Assembly (NCBI GenBank): GCA_965284305.1
Contig: OZ260070.1
Location: forward strand, 1,287,352-1,351,351
Length of the DNA: 64,000 nucleotides
Origin: Caulobacteraceae bacterium
Lineage (GTDB): Bacteria > Pseudomonadota > Alphaproteobacteria > Caulobacterales > Caulobacteraceae
Direction of reading: 5' to 3'
Below the pieces are notes generated by a model. The model saw nothing but the letters and a program-made list of their open reading frames with translations, was not told the DNA's origin and did not search any database. Positions within the stretch are counted from its first letter, which is position 1. Each line of letters opens with the position of its first letter. The position numbers were made by a program, and so were the translations under genes. This document shows, piece by piece, positions 52,629 to 60,762 of the stretch.

Positions 52629-55085
52629 ATGCGTCATCGTCTGCTCGGTCGGGCCCTGCCCGCCTTTGTGTTGCTGGCCGCGCTGGCCGGTCCCGTCATG
52701 GCGCAGGAAGGTCGCACCTATCAGCAGCCGCCGGCCCCGATCGCCGAGATTCTCGATACCAAACCGACCCCGTCGCCCAGCCTGTCGCCCGACCGGACCA
52801 TGCTGGCGCTGTTCGACCGGGCCAATCTGCCGCCGATCGCGGAACTGGCCGAGCCGATGCTGCGGCTGGGTGGTTACCGGATCAATCCGCGCAACAACGG
52901 CCAGGCCAACAGCCGGGTGGGCTGGTTGACCGGCCTGAGCTTCCAGCCGGTCGCCGGCGGGGCGGCGCGGACGGTGAGCCTGCCGGCCAATGCCCGCTTC
53001 CTCTCGCCGGGCTGGTCGCCAGACGGCCGCTCGGTGGCCATGCTGATGGACGCGCCGACTGGGTTGGAGCTGTGGACTGTGGATGTGGCCAGTGGCCGCG
53101 CGCGCAAATTGACGGACGCACGGGTCAATGCTGCGGGTGGCGGCGCTTTCGACTGGCTGCCTGACAGTTCGGGTCTGGTTGTGCGGATGACACCGGAAGG
53201 CCGCGGCCCGGCGCCTGACGTCAGCCGTCCGCCGGAAGGGCCGATCGTCGAGGAGAGCATGGGCCGCACCGCGCCGGCCCGGACCTATCAGGATCTGTTG
53301 TCCAACGCCGGCGACGAGGCCCTGTTCGACCACTATTTCACCTCGCAGTTGACGCTGGTCCCGCTTGCGGGGCCGGCGCGGAAGCTGGGTGCGCCCGCAG
53401 TCTATCTGGGTTCGGGCGTGTCGCCGGACGGGCGCTACATCCTGCAGACCACGGTGAAGCGGCCCTACAGCTATGTCGTACCGGCGGGCCTGTTCCCGGC
53501 CGAGGTGACGATCACGGACCTGCAGGGCCGGGTCGTGCACCGGGTCGCCGACCTGCCGCTGCGCGACAACATCCCGACGCCGTTCGACTCGGTGGCTCCC
53601 GGGCCGCGCTCGGCCCAGTGGCGGGCCGACGCGCCTTCGACCCTGGTCTGGGTCGAGGCCCAGGATGGCGGTGATCCGCGCACTGCGGCCGAGGTCCGGG
53701 ACCGGGTCTTCACCCTCGCAGCACCGTTCAACGGCCAGCCGGTCCCCCTGATCGATCTGAGGGACCGCTACGCCGGTATGGTCTGGGGCGATGCCGATAC
53801 GGCCCTGGTGGTCAGCCGACAGTTCAACAGCCGGCGCGAGACCCGGTATCTGGTCGATCCGTCCAACCCCGGTCAGGGCCGGGTGCTGCTCGAGCGAAAC
53901 TATCAGGACCGCTACAACGACCCGGGCACCCCGGTGACCGAACCCAATGCCAGCGGCTTTCCGGTGATGCGATTCAGCGCCGATGGATCGCGCGTGCTGA
54001 TGACCGGTGCCGGGGCCACACGGGCCGGGGAATATCCCTTCCTGTCGAGCCTGGACCTGGCCACCGGCGCGACCGAGCGGGTCTGGACCTCGGCGGAGGG
54101 GGTCTATGAGAGTGTCGTCGGCATCCTTGATGAGGATGGTCGCCGGATGGTGACGCGGCGCGAGACCCGCAACGATCCGCCCAACCTCTATGTCCGTGAT
54201 CTGGACGCCGATGCGACGCCACTGACCAGCTTCCCGGATCCCGCACCACAGATGGCCGGGGTGACGAAGCAGCTGATCAGCTACACCCGCGCCGACGGGG
54301 TGCAGCTGTCCGGGACGCTGTATCTGCCCGCCGGCTATGACAAGGGCAGCGACGGGCCGCTGCCGCTGGTGATGTGGGCCTATCCGGCCGAGTTCACCGA
54401 CGCGGCCGTGGCGGGGCAGGTGGTCGACACCGCCAACCGCTTCACCCGGCCGGGCGGTATCAGTCACCTGTTCCTGCTGACCCAAGGCTATGCCGTGCTG
54501 GACGATCCGTCGATGCCGATCGTCGGCGTCAACGGGGCCGAACCCAACGACACCTACATCCAGCAGCTGACGGCGAGCGCCGAGGCGGCGGTGAATGCGG
54601 TGGTGGAAATGGGCGTGGCCGACCGCGACCGGATCGCCGTCGGCGGGCACAGCTACGGTGCCTTCATGACCGCCAACCTGCTGGCCCACACCGACCTGTT
54701 CCGCACCGGCATCGCCCGTTCGGGTGCCTACAACCGCACCCTGACCCCGTTCGGCTTCCAGGCCGAGCAGCGGAGCTACTGGGAGGCGGGTGACACCTAT
54801 ACGGAGATGTCGCCCTTCACCTTCGCCAACCGGGTCAATGAGCCGATCCTGCTGATCCACGGGGAGGCCGACGACAACTCCGGCACCTTCCCGGTTCAGT
54901 CGGAACGCTTCTATGCGGCCCTGAAGGGCAATGGTGCCAATGTCCGCTACGTCGTCCTGCCGCTGGAGGCGCACGGCTACCGCGCGCGGGAATCGGTCGG
55001 CCACACCCAGTGGGAGATGACCCGCTGGCTGGACCAGTACCTGAAGAACGCCGGGCCACGGACGGTGCCGACCGCGGCTCCCTGA
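52629..55085 (+). CDS. S9-family serine peptidase with an N-terminal beta-propeller
   Basis: It has a signal peptide (MRHRLLGRALPAFVLLAALAGPVMAQ), the nucleophile motif GGHSYGAF, and a C-terminal Asp/His region (HGEADDN...EAHGY). Confidence 0.9.
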   Translation: MRHRLLGRALPAFVLLAALAGPVMAQEGRTYQQPPAPIAEILDTKPTPSPSLSPDRTMLALFDRANLPPIAELAEPMLRLGGYRINPRNNGQANSRVGWLTGLSFQPVAGGAARTVSLPANARFLSPGWSPDGRSVAMLMDAPTGLELWTVDVASGRARKLTDARVNAAGGGAFDWLPDSSGLVVRMTPEGRGPAPDVSRPPEGPIVEESMGRTAPARTYQDLLSNAGDEALFDHYFTSQLTLVPLAGPARKLGAPAVYLGSGVSPDGRYILQTTVKRPYSYVVPAGLFPAEVTITDLQGRVVHRVADLPLRDNIPTPFDSVAPGPRSAQWRADAPSTLVWVEAQDGGDPRTAAEVRDRVFTLAAPFNGQPVPLIDLRDRYAGMVWGDADTALVVSRQFNSRRETRYLVDPSNPGQGRVLLERNYQDRYNDPGTPVTEPNASGFPVMRFSADGSRVLMTGAGATRAGEYPFLSSLDLATGATERVWTSAEGVYESVVGILDEDGRRMVTRRETRNDPPNLYVRDLDADATPLTSFPDPAPQMAGVTKQLISYTRADGVQLSGTLYLPAGYDKGSDGPLPLVMWAYPAEFTDAAVAGQVVDTANRFTRPGGISHLFLLTQGYAVLDDPSMPIVGVNGAEPNDTYIQQLTASAEAAVNAVVEMGVADRDRIAVGGHSYGAFMTANLLAHTDLFRTGIARSGAYNRTLTPFGFQAEQRSYWEAGDTYTEMSPFTFANRVNEPILLIHGEADDNSGTFPVQSERFYAALKGNGANVRYVVLPLEAHGYRARESVGHTQWEMTRWLDQYLKNAGPRTVPTAAP

Positions 55086-55163
55086 CCGGCGTTCGTCAGG
55101 AATCGACAGGCCCCGCCCGGCCCTGCGCGTGGTCATCTGCGCGCGGGACTGGAGGGACATTCC

Positions 55164-55541
55164 ATGAAAACGCTTCTTCGTGCCGCCGCCGCGGCAACCG
55201 TCATCGGCCTGGCCGGCACCCTGTCGGGCTGTGCGTCGCTGATCACCGGCGGTGAGCTGATCCGGCCGGGTGAGCCCACGGGCGGCCTGCAGATTCGCAA
55301 TGTGTCGGGGACCAACTCCATCGACGTGGTGCTGGTCTCGGACTGCAACGCCCACACCTATGGCCTGAACCGGCTGCCCTCGGGCTATCGCATTCCGCCG
55401 GGCGGCAGCTATACCTTCACCCTCTCCGCCGGCTGCTGGGATGTGGGTGCGGGTGAGGTCCTGAGCCAGAACTCCTGGACCGAGGGCTATACCAAGGTGA
55501 CGGTCTTCCCCGGACGGACCACGACGGTCCAGTCGCGCTGA
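55164..55541 (+). CDS. small lipoprotein, hypothetical
   Basis: 125 aa with a lipobox (LSGC). The mature part contains two further Cys residues. I recognise no family. Confidence 0.55.
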   Translation: MKTLLRAAAAATVIGLAGTLSGCASLITGGELIRPGEPTGGLQIRNVSGTNSIDVVLVSDCNAHTYGLNRLPSGYRIPPGGSYTFTLSAGCWDVGAGEVLSQNSWTEGYTKVTVFPGRTTTVQSR

Positions 55542-55628
55542 CACTGATCCTTTGTGGCGGCGCAACATTCCTGTTGCGCCAGCGCCGTTTGTCGGGTCAC
55601 GCTGCAAGATCGTTGCAGTGGGAGCGGC

Positions 55629-57053
55629 ATGGCCTTCGACGAGATGTCAGGTGAGACGTCCGGTTACGGCGGGGCCGTCCGCGAAAGCTATCGCGGGCTC
55701 GCCCGCTGGCTGGTCGATGCCCCGGAAGGATTGCTCCAGGCGCGCTCCCGCCAGGCGGAGCTGTTCTTCCGCCGCATGGGCATCACCTTCGCCGTCTATG
55801 GCGATGCCGAATCCAGTGAACGGCTGATCCCGTTCGATGTGGTGCCCCGCATCATCGGCGCCGCCGAATGGGCCGGGCTCGAGGCCGGGCTGACCCAGCG
55901 GGTGCGGGCGATCAACCTGTTCCTGGCCGACGTCTATGGTCCGCAGGAGTGTCTGAAGGCCGGGATCGTCCCGGCCGAGCTGATCCTGACCAATCCCCAC
56001 TATGTGCCCGAGATGCAGGGCCGCCGGCCGCCGCGCGGGGTCTGGGTCCATATCGCCGGCGTCGATCTGGTGCGCACGGGCGAGGACGGCTTCTACGTGC
56101 TGGAAGACAACTGCCGCACGCCGTCGGGGGTCTCCTACATGCTGGAGAACCGCGAGATGATGATGCGGTTGTTCCCCGACCTGTTCGCCGACTATCCGGT
56201 GCGGCCGGTCGAGACCTATACCGACATGCTGCTGGCCAGCCTGCGCGGTTCGGCGCCCGAGGCGGCGGGGCCGGATCCGACCATCGTCGTCCTGACGCCG
56301 GGGCCGTTCAACTCGGCCTATTACGAACACTCCTTCCTGGCCGACAAACTGGGCGTCGATCTGGTCGAGGGGCGCGATCTGTTCGTCGACGACGGCAAGG
56401 TCTTCATGCGCACGACCCAGGGCCGTCAGCAGGTCGATGTTGTCTACCGCCGGATCGACGACGACTTCCTCGATCCCCTGACCTTCCGGCCGGACTCAAC
56501 GCTCGGCGTGCCGGGGCTGATGACGGCCTATCAGGCCGGGACCGTAACCCTGGCCAACGCGGTCGGGACCGGCGTCGCCGACGACAAGGCCGTCTACACC
56601 TATATGCCCGAGATCATCCGCTTCTTCACCGGCGAGGAGCCGATCCTGAAGAACGTCCCGACCTGGCGCTGCCGCGAGCCGGAGGCGCTGAAGGAGGTGC
56701 TGTCGAAACTGGACCAGCTGGTGGTCAAGGAGGTCGGCGGCTCGGGCGGCTACGGCATGCTGGTGGGACCGGCCTCGACCAAGGCCGAGATCGAGGCCTT
56801 CCGGAAGAAGCTGATCAACGACCCCGATGACTTCATCGCCCAGCCGACGCTGGACCTGTCGACCGCGCCGACGCTGGACAAGGGCGAACTTCACGGCCGC
56901 CACGTCGATCTGCGGCCGTTCGTGCTGTCGAGCCCCGACGGGGTGAAGGTGGCGCCCGGCGGGCTGACACGTGTGGCGCTGAAGCCTGGGTCGCTGGTGG
57001 TCAACTCCAGCCAGGGCGGCGGAACCAAGGACACCTGGGTGCTGGATGTTTGA
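55629..57053 (+). CDS. circularly permuted type-2 ATP-grasp protein
   Basis: VDVVYRRIDDDFLDPLTFRPDSTLGVPGLMTAYQAGTVTLANAVGTGVADDKAVYTYMPEIIRFF is the family signature. I chose the ATG preceded by GGGAG. Confidence 0.85.
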   Translation: MAFDEMSGETSGYGGAVRESYRGLARWLVDAPEGLLQARSRQAELFFRRMGITFAVYGDAESSERLIPFDVVPRIIGAAEWAGLEAGLTQRVRAINLFLADVYGPQECLKAGIVPAELILTNPHYVPEMQGRRPPRGVWVHIAGVDLVRTGEDGFYVLEDNCRTPSGVSYMLENREMMMRLFPDLFADYPVRPVETYTDMLLASLRGSAPEAAGPDPTIVVLTPGPFNSAYYEHSFLADKLGVDLVEGRDLFVDDGKVFMRTTQGRQQVDVVYRRIDDDFLDPLTFRPDSTLGVPGLMTAYQAGTVTLANAVGTGVADDKAVYTYMPEIIRFFTGEEPILKNVPTWRCREPEALKEVLSKLDQLVVKEVGGSGGYGMLVGPASTKAEIEAFRKKLINDPDDFIAQPTLDLSTAPTLDKGELHGRHVDLRPFVLSSPDGVKVAPGGLTRVALKPGSLVVNSSQGGGTKDTWVLDV

Positions 57054-57067
57054 GATCATCAAACATC

Positions 57068-57200
57068 CCGCTCGTCCCGGCGAAAGCCGGGACCCAGTCC
57101 TGTCCAGATTGGCGACAGGGCATGGGATTGGCGTCTCTGCCAAGGCACCAGACGCTGGTCATCCAAAGAACTGGGTCCCGGCTTTCGCCGGGATGAGCGG
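57068..57200. mobile_element. MITE/REP-like nested-hairpin repeat, copy B
   Basis: The terminal inverted repeats are CCGCTCGTCCCGGCGAAAGCCGGGACCCAGT (57068-57098) and ACTGGGTCCCGGCTTTCGCCGGGATGAGCGG (57170-57200), 30/31 complementary. It shares the ends and subterminal motifs (CTGTCCAG, CCAAAGAACTGGGTCCC) with copy A. Confidence 0.7.
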
Positions 57201-57203
57201 AAT

Positions 57204-58136
57204 ATGCTGAGCCGCACCGCAGACAGCCTGTACTGGACCGGCCGCTATATCGAGCGGGCGGACTTCCTCGCCCGCATCCTCGAGGCGACGCTGCGTCTCG
57301 CCGCCATTCCGACGCGCGGTGATGGCGATGCGGAGACGGTCTGGGCCAGCGCCCTGGCCTCGGCCGGAGCGCCCAAGGCGCTGGGCCGGTCGCCGACCGA
57401 GAAATCGGTGCGCGAATATCTGGCCTTCGCCCCCAACAACGCCTCGTCGATCACCGCCTGCATCACCCGCGCGCGCACCAACGCCCGCTCGGTGCGCACG
57501 GCCCTGACGGTCGAGCTCTGGGAAGCCATCAACGGCGCCTGGAACGGTCTGGAGGAGCAGGGCCAGCCGACCCGTCGCGACGAGTTCGCGCGGTTCCTCG
57601 AATGGGTGAAGACGGTCACCCTGTCGGTCGAGGGCGCGACCTCGCGGACCATGCTCCGCAACGACGGCTATTATTTCCTGCGGCTGGGCGCGGCGATCGA
57701 GCGGGCCGACAACACGGCGCGGCTGCTGGACGTGAAATACCATCTGCTGCTGCCCGAGGGCGAACGGGTCGGGGGTCAGCTGGACTATTTCCAGTGGACG
57801 ACCCTGCTGCGCGAAGTCTCGGCGCTGACGGCCTATCGCTGGGTTTACCGGGATAGCGTCAAGCCCTGGCTGGTGGCCGACCTGCTGGTGCTGAACCGGC
57901 AGATGCCGCGCTCGCTGGCCAGCTGCCAGGCCTCGATCGTGCGGTATCTGGAGCGGCTGGCCAATGACTATGGCCGGCGCGGCCCGGCGCAGCGGCTGGC
58001 GGCGGACCGGATGCGGGCGTTCGACAACTCGCGCATCGAGGACATCTTCCAGTCGGGTCTGCACGAATACATCCAGGCCTTCCTCGGCGAGAACGGCCGT
58101 CTGGGGCAGGCCATCCATGACCAGTATCTGAGCTGA
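57204..58136 (+). CDS. alpha-E domain protein
   Basis: 310 aa. MLSRTADSLYWTGRYIERADFLARIL is the characteristic alpha-E N-terminus. Confidence 0.85.
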   Translation: MLSRTADSLYWTGRYIERADFLARILEATLRLAAIPTRGDGDAETVWASALASAGAPKALGRSPTEKSVREYLAFAPNNASSITACITRARTNARSVRTALTVELWEAINGAWNGLEEQGQPTRRDEFARFLEWVKTVTLSVEGATSRTMLRNDGYYFLRLGAAIERADNTARLLDVKYHLLLPEGERVGGQLDYFQWTTLLREVSALTAYRWVYRDSVKPWLVADLLVLNRQMPRSLASCQASIVRYLERLANDYGRRGPAQRLAADRMRAFDNSRIEDIFQSGLHEYIQAFLGENGRLGQAIHDQYLS

Positions 58137-58139
58137 CCT

Positions 58140-58967
58140 GTGCGCATCAGCATCGACCACGCGACCACCTATGCCTACGACCGGGCGGCGCGTTTCATCA
58201 TCCAGACCCTGAGGCTGACGCCCCGCTCGTCCGAGGCGCAGCAGGTCCGCAACTGGCGGGTCGAGACCGATGTCGACGCCCGCCTGCGCAAGTCCGAGGA
58301 CGCCTTCGGCAACATCGTCCACACCCTCTACACCGAACAGCCGACCCAGAGCCTGACGGTCCGGGTCTCGGGCGAGGTGGTGACCACGGATACGGCCGGC
58401 GTCGTGCCGGCGGGGCAGGAGACGCTGTCGCCGCTGGTCTTCCTGCGCGACACCGCCCTGACGCGGCGGGACAAGCTGATCTCGGTCTTCGCTTCGGAGT
58501 TCTCGGCCCATCCGCCGCTCGAGCGGCTGCACCGGTTGATGGCGGGGATCCACGGCTCGGTGGCCTTCGAGGTCGGGGTGACGACGCCGACCCATACGGC
58601 GGCCGAGGTGTTGGCCCTCGGTCGCGGCGTCTGTCAGGACCACGCCCACGTCTTCATCGCCTGCGCCCGGCAGATGGGCATGCCCGCCCGTTATGTCTCG
58701 GGCCATCTGCTGCGCCGCGACGGCAAGGACGATCAGGAGGCGGCGCATGCCTGGGCCGAGGCCTGGATTCCGGACCTTGGCTGGGTCGGCTTCGACCCGG
58801 CCAATGGCATCTGTTCGACGGACCGCTATGTGCGGGTCGCGGCCGGGCTGGACTATCGCGGCGCGGCCCCGGTGCGCGGGGCCAGCTACGGCGGCGGGGG
58901 CGAGCGACTGGCCGTGCGGCTGAACGTGCGTGATGCCGACATGCAACAGGGTCAGCAACAGGCTTAG
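58140..58967 (+). CDS. transglutaminase-like cysteine protease/ligase family protein
   Basis: 275 aa with Cys-His-Asp motifs GRGVCQDHAH, AAHAWAEAW and GFDPANG. The start is GTG, 3 nt after the alpha-E stop. Confidence 0.85.
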   Translation: MRISIDHATTYAYDRAARFIIQTLRLTPRSSEAQQVRNWRVETDVDARLRKSEDAFGNIVHTLYTEQPTQSLTVRVSGEVVTTDTAGVVPAGQETLSPLVFLRDTALTRRDKLISVFASEFSAHPPLERLHRLMAGIHGSVAFEVGVTTPTHTAAEVLALGRGVCQDHAHVFIACARQMGMPARYVSGHLLRRDGKDDQEAAHAWAEAWIPDLGWVGFDPANGICSTDRYVRVAAGLDYRGAAPVRGASYGGGGERLAVRLNVRDADMQQGQQQA

Positions 58968-59041
58968 GCTGTGGGTTATCTGACGCGGGAATCTGTTACC
59001 GTGGCCGTCATGACGGACGGGCAGTGGGGATTGCGCGCCGC

Positions 59042-59806
59042 ATGACCTATTGCGTGGGCATGCTGGTGGAGGACGGGTTGGCGTTGATCGCCGACACGCG
59101 CACCAATGCGGGCGTCGACAGCATCTCGACCTATCGCAAGCTGCATGTCGTCGATCGGCCGGGCGAGCGCGTGCTGGGCATCTGCACGGCCGGCAACCTC
59201 TCCGTCACCCAGACGGCCCTGGCCATGGCGCGCGAGGGCGTCCACCTGAATGTCGGCGAGCCGGCCGAGACGCTGGAGACCGCGCCGACGCTGTTCCGCT
59301 GCGCCCAGATCCTGGGCCACGCCCTGCGCAGCGTCCGGCTGTCGATCTCGCCGGCGCTGGAGGCCGACAGCCTGAACACCTCGGCCTCGATGCTGCTGGG
59401 CGGCCAGATCAACGGCGGCCAGATGGGGCTGTTCCTGATCTACAGCCAGGGCAATTTCATCGAATGCGGGCAGGACACCCCCTACCTCCAGATCGGCGAG
59501 CTGAAGTACGGCAAGCCGATCCTCGAGAGCGGGCTGGCGTTCGACACACCGCTCGCCGAGGCCGTGAAGCTCGGGCTGATCTCATTCTCGACCACGATGC
59601 GTTCGAACGTCGGCGTGGGCGCGCCGTTCGATGTCCTGACCCTGCGCCGGGACTATTTGAGCGGCGACCAGCGGCGGCTCGAACAGGACGATTCCTATTT
59701 CGCCGACCTGCACCTACGCTGGACCCAGGCCCAGGCGGCCGCGCGCCGGTCGATGCCCGAGCCGCCGTGGATGAAGCGCGCCCGACCGTCAGTCGTCGAA
59801 GGCTGA
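59042..59806 (+). CDS. proteasome-type (Ntn hydrolase) protease
   Basis: The N-terminus MTYCVGMLVEDGLALIADTRTNAG places Thr immediately after the initiator Met, as expected for an N-terminal nucleophile. Confidence 0.8.
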   Translation: MTYCVGMLVEDGLALIADTRTNAGVDSISTYRKLHVVDRPGERVLGICTAGNLSVTQTALAMAREGVHLNVGEPAETLETAPTLFRCAQILGHALRSVRLSISPALEADSLNTSASMLLGGQINGGQMGLFLIYSQGNFIECGQDTPYLQIGELKYGKPILESGLAFDTPLAEAVKLGLISFSTTMRSNVGVGAPFDVLTLRRDYLSGDQRRLEQDDSYFADLHLRWTQAQAAARRSMPEPPWMKRARPSVVEG

Positions 59807-59872
59807 AGGGCATGGAAGGGCCCGAGAACGGGTGTGCGTCCCCAGAGTTGAACAAGTGTCTAGCCAGTGTGA

Positions 59873-60637
59873 CTAGGGCTTGCTCGGGGGGGCGGGTGTT
59901 GCCGCTGGCGCTGCGACCGTCGCAGGTACCGGACCTTTGGCACGCTTCGGCTTGGCGGGGATGGAGGCTTTCAGGCCTAGTGCCTTCTTCTCGACGATGA
60001 ATGCCTTTTGAAGGAACACCTCCATTACCGTGATCAACTGGGACGCTTCGTCAGCGTCAGGGCTCCACCCTCGGTGAGCCGCTGCACTGCCTGCGTCGAT
60101 CACCACTTCTAGAATCTGCTTCTCCGTATCGCCGATCCAGCCACCCGTCTGAAGCTCCTTAAGCTTCTCTTGGAAGGATTTCGCGGCGTCGATGCCCAGC
60201 AGCTCGGTAGCACGGTCGATTGCCGTCCTGATCCCCACAGTCGCCAAGATGAGCAAGTTGCTGTCATAGGCGAGATAAGTCTCGTCTAGGATTCGACCTA
60301 GCTGGGAATCGGCCTTCTGAACTTGGGGGAACCAAAGCGGCTTGGTTTTGCTGGTCGGCTTGGGATAGGTCGTGAGGGTCCGAAAGTATGCGCTGCCAGT
60401 TGAACCGTCAGGTTCATACCAGTGGTCAATATCCTCGCTGTCATAACTCGACTGCCGATAGAATACGGTTTCGCACCCGCGACATTGAAGCAAGGCATGG
60501 TCAGCGCCTCCGTTCATAGAGTGCTGCTTGTCGGCGGATTCCCAATCCCAAGAAGTCTTAGTCGTCCCGTGAACGTCGCAGACCCGCTCCCCGTCACACT
60601 CGGGACAGTGGGCTTTCAGGGTGGCAGGTGCGGTCAT
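59873..60637 (-). CDS. zinc-ribbon plus DUF4145 domain protein on a low-GC islet
   Basis: 254 aa. The N-terminus has CPECDG...CRGC. The C-terminal text ILATVGIRTAIDRATELL...KLKELQTGGWIGDTEKQILEVVIDAGSAAAHRGWSPDADEA fits DUF4145. The tail is Pro/Ala/Lys-rich. GC content is visibly lower than in the neighbouring genes. Confidence 0.7.
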   Translation of the reverse strand: MTAPATLKAHCPECDGERVCDVHGTTKTSWDWESADKQHSMNGGADHALLQCRGCETVFYRQSSYDSEDIDHWYEPDGSTGSAYFRTLTTYPKPTSKTKPLWFPQVQKADSQLGRILDETYLAYDSNLLILATVGIRTAIDRATELLGIDAAKSFQEKLKELQTGGWIGDTEKQILEVVIDAGSAAAHRGWSPDADEASQLITVMEVFLQKAFIVEKKALGLKASIPAKPKRAKGPVPATVAAPAATPAPPSKP

Positions 60638-60712
60638 GGCGGAACGCTAGTCGGCGGCGGGCATCCGCTCAACACGATTTGCTCGACCCGCAAATGTTGA
60701 AGGCAGGAAAGC

Positions 60713-60756
60713 GGGGACGCGCACCACCCATTTGGTCGAAGGTGGCGCGCGTCCCC
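60713..60756 (-). terminator. 16-bp-stem hairpin just downstream of the amidohydrolase gene
   Basis: GGGGACGCGCACCACC (60713-60728) pairs with GGTGGCGCGCGTCCCC (60741-60756), 15/16 complementary. On the minus strand it is followed by GCTTTCC, so the U-tract is weak. Confidence 0.5.
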
Positions 60757-60762
60757 CGATAG

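Noticed and set aside
51270-55607. 1445-aa ORF on the minus strand, the longest in the track
   Set aside because: It lies antisense to four well-supported plus-strand genes (MBOAT, hypothetical, S9 peptidase, lipoprotein). Its translation is Arg/Gly/Pro/Ala-rich low-complexity sequence with no recognisable motifs. This is a typical stop-codon-poor antisense artefact of high-GC DNA.
57159-58958. 599-aa minus-strand ORF. Similar long shadow ORFs include 22442-24040 (+), 43008-44654 (+), 8829-10295 (-), 60766-62214 (+), 20009-21190 (+) and 27055-28431 (+)
   Set aside because: All overlap, in antisense, genes with clear family signatures. All have skewed Arg/Gly/Pro/His composition and no domains I can recognise.
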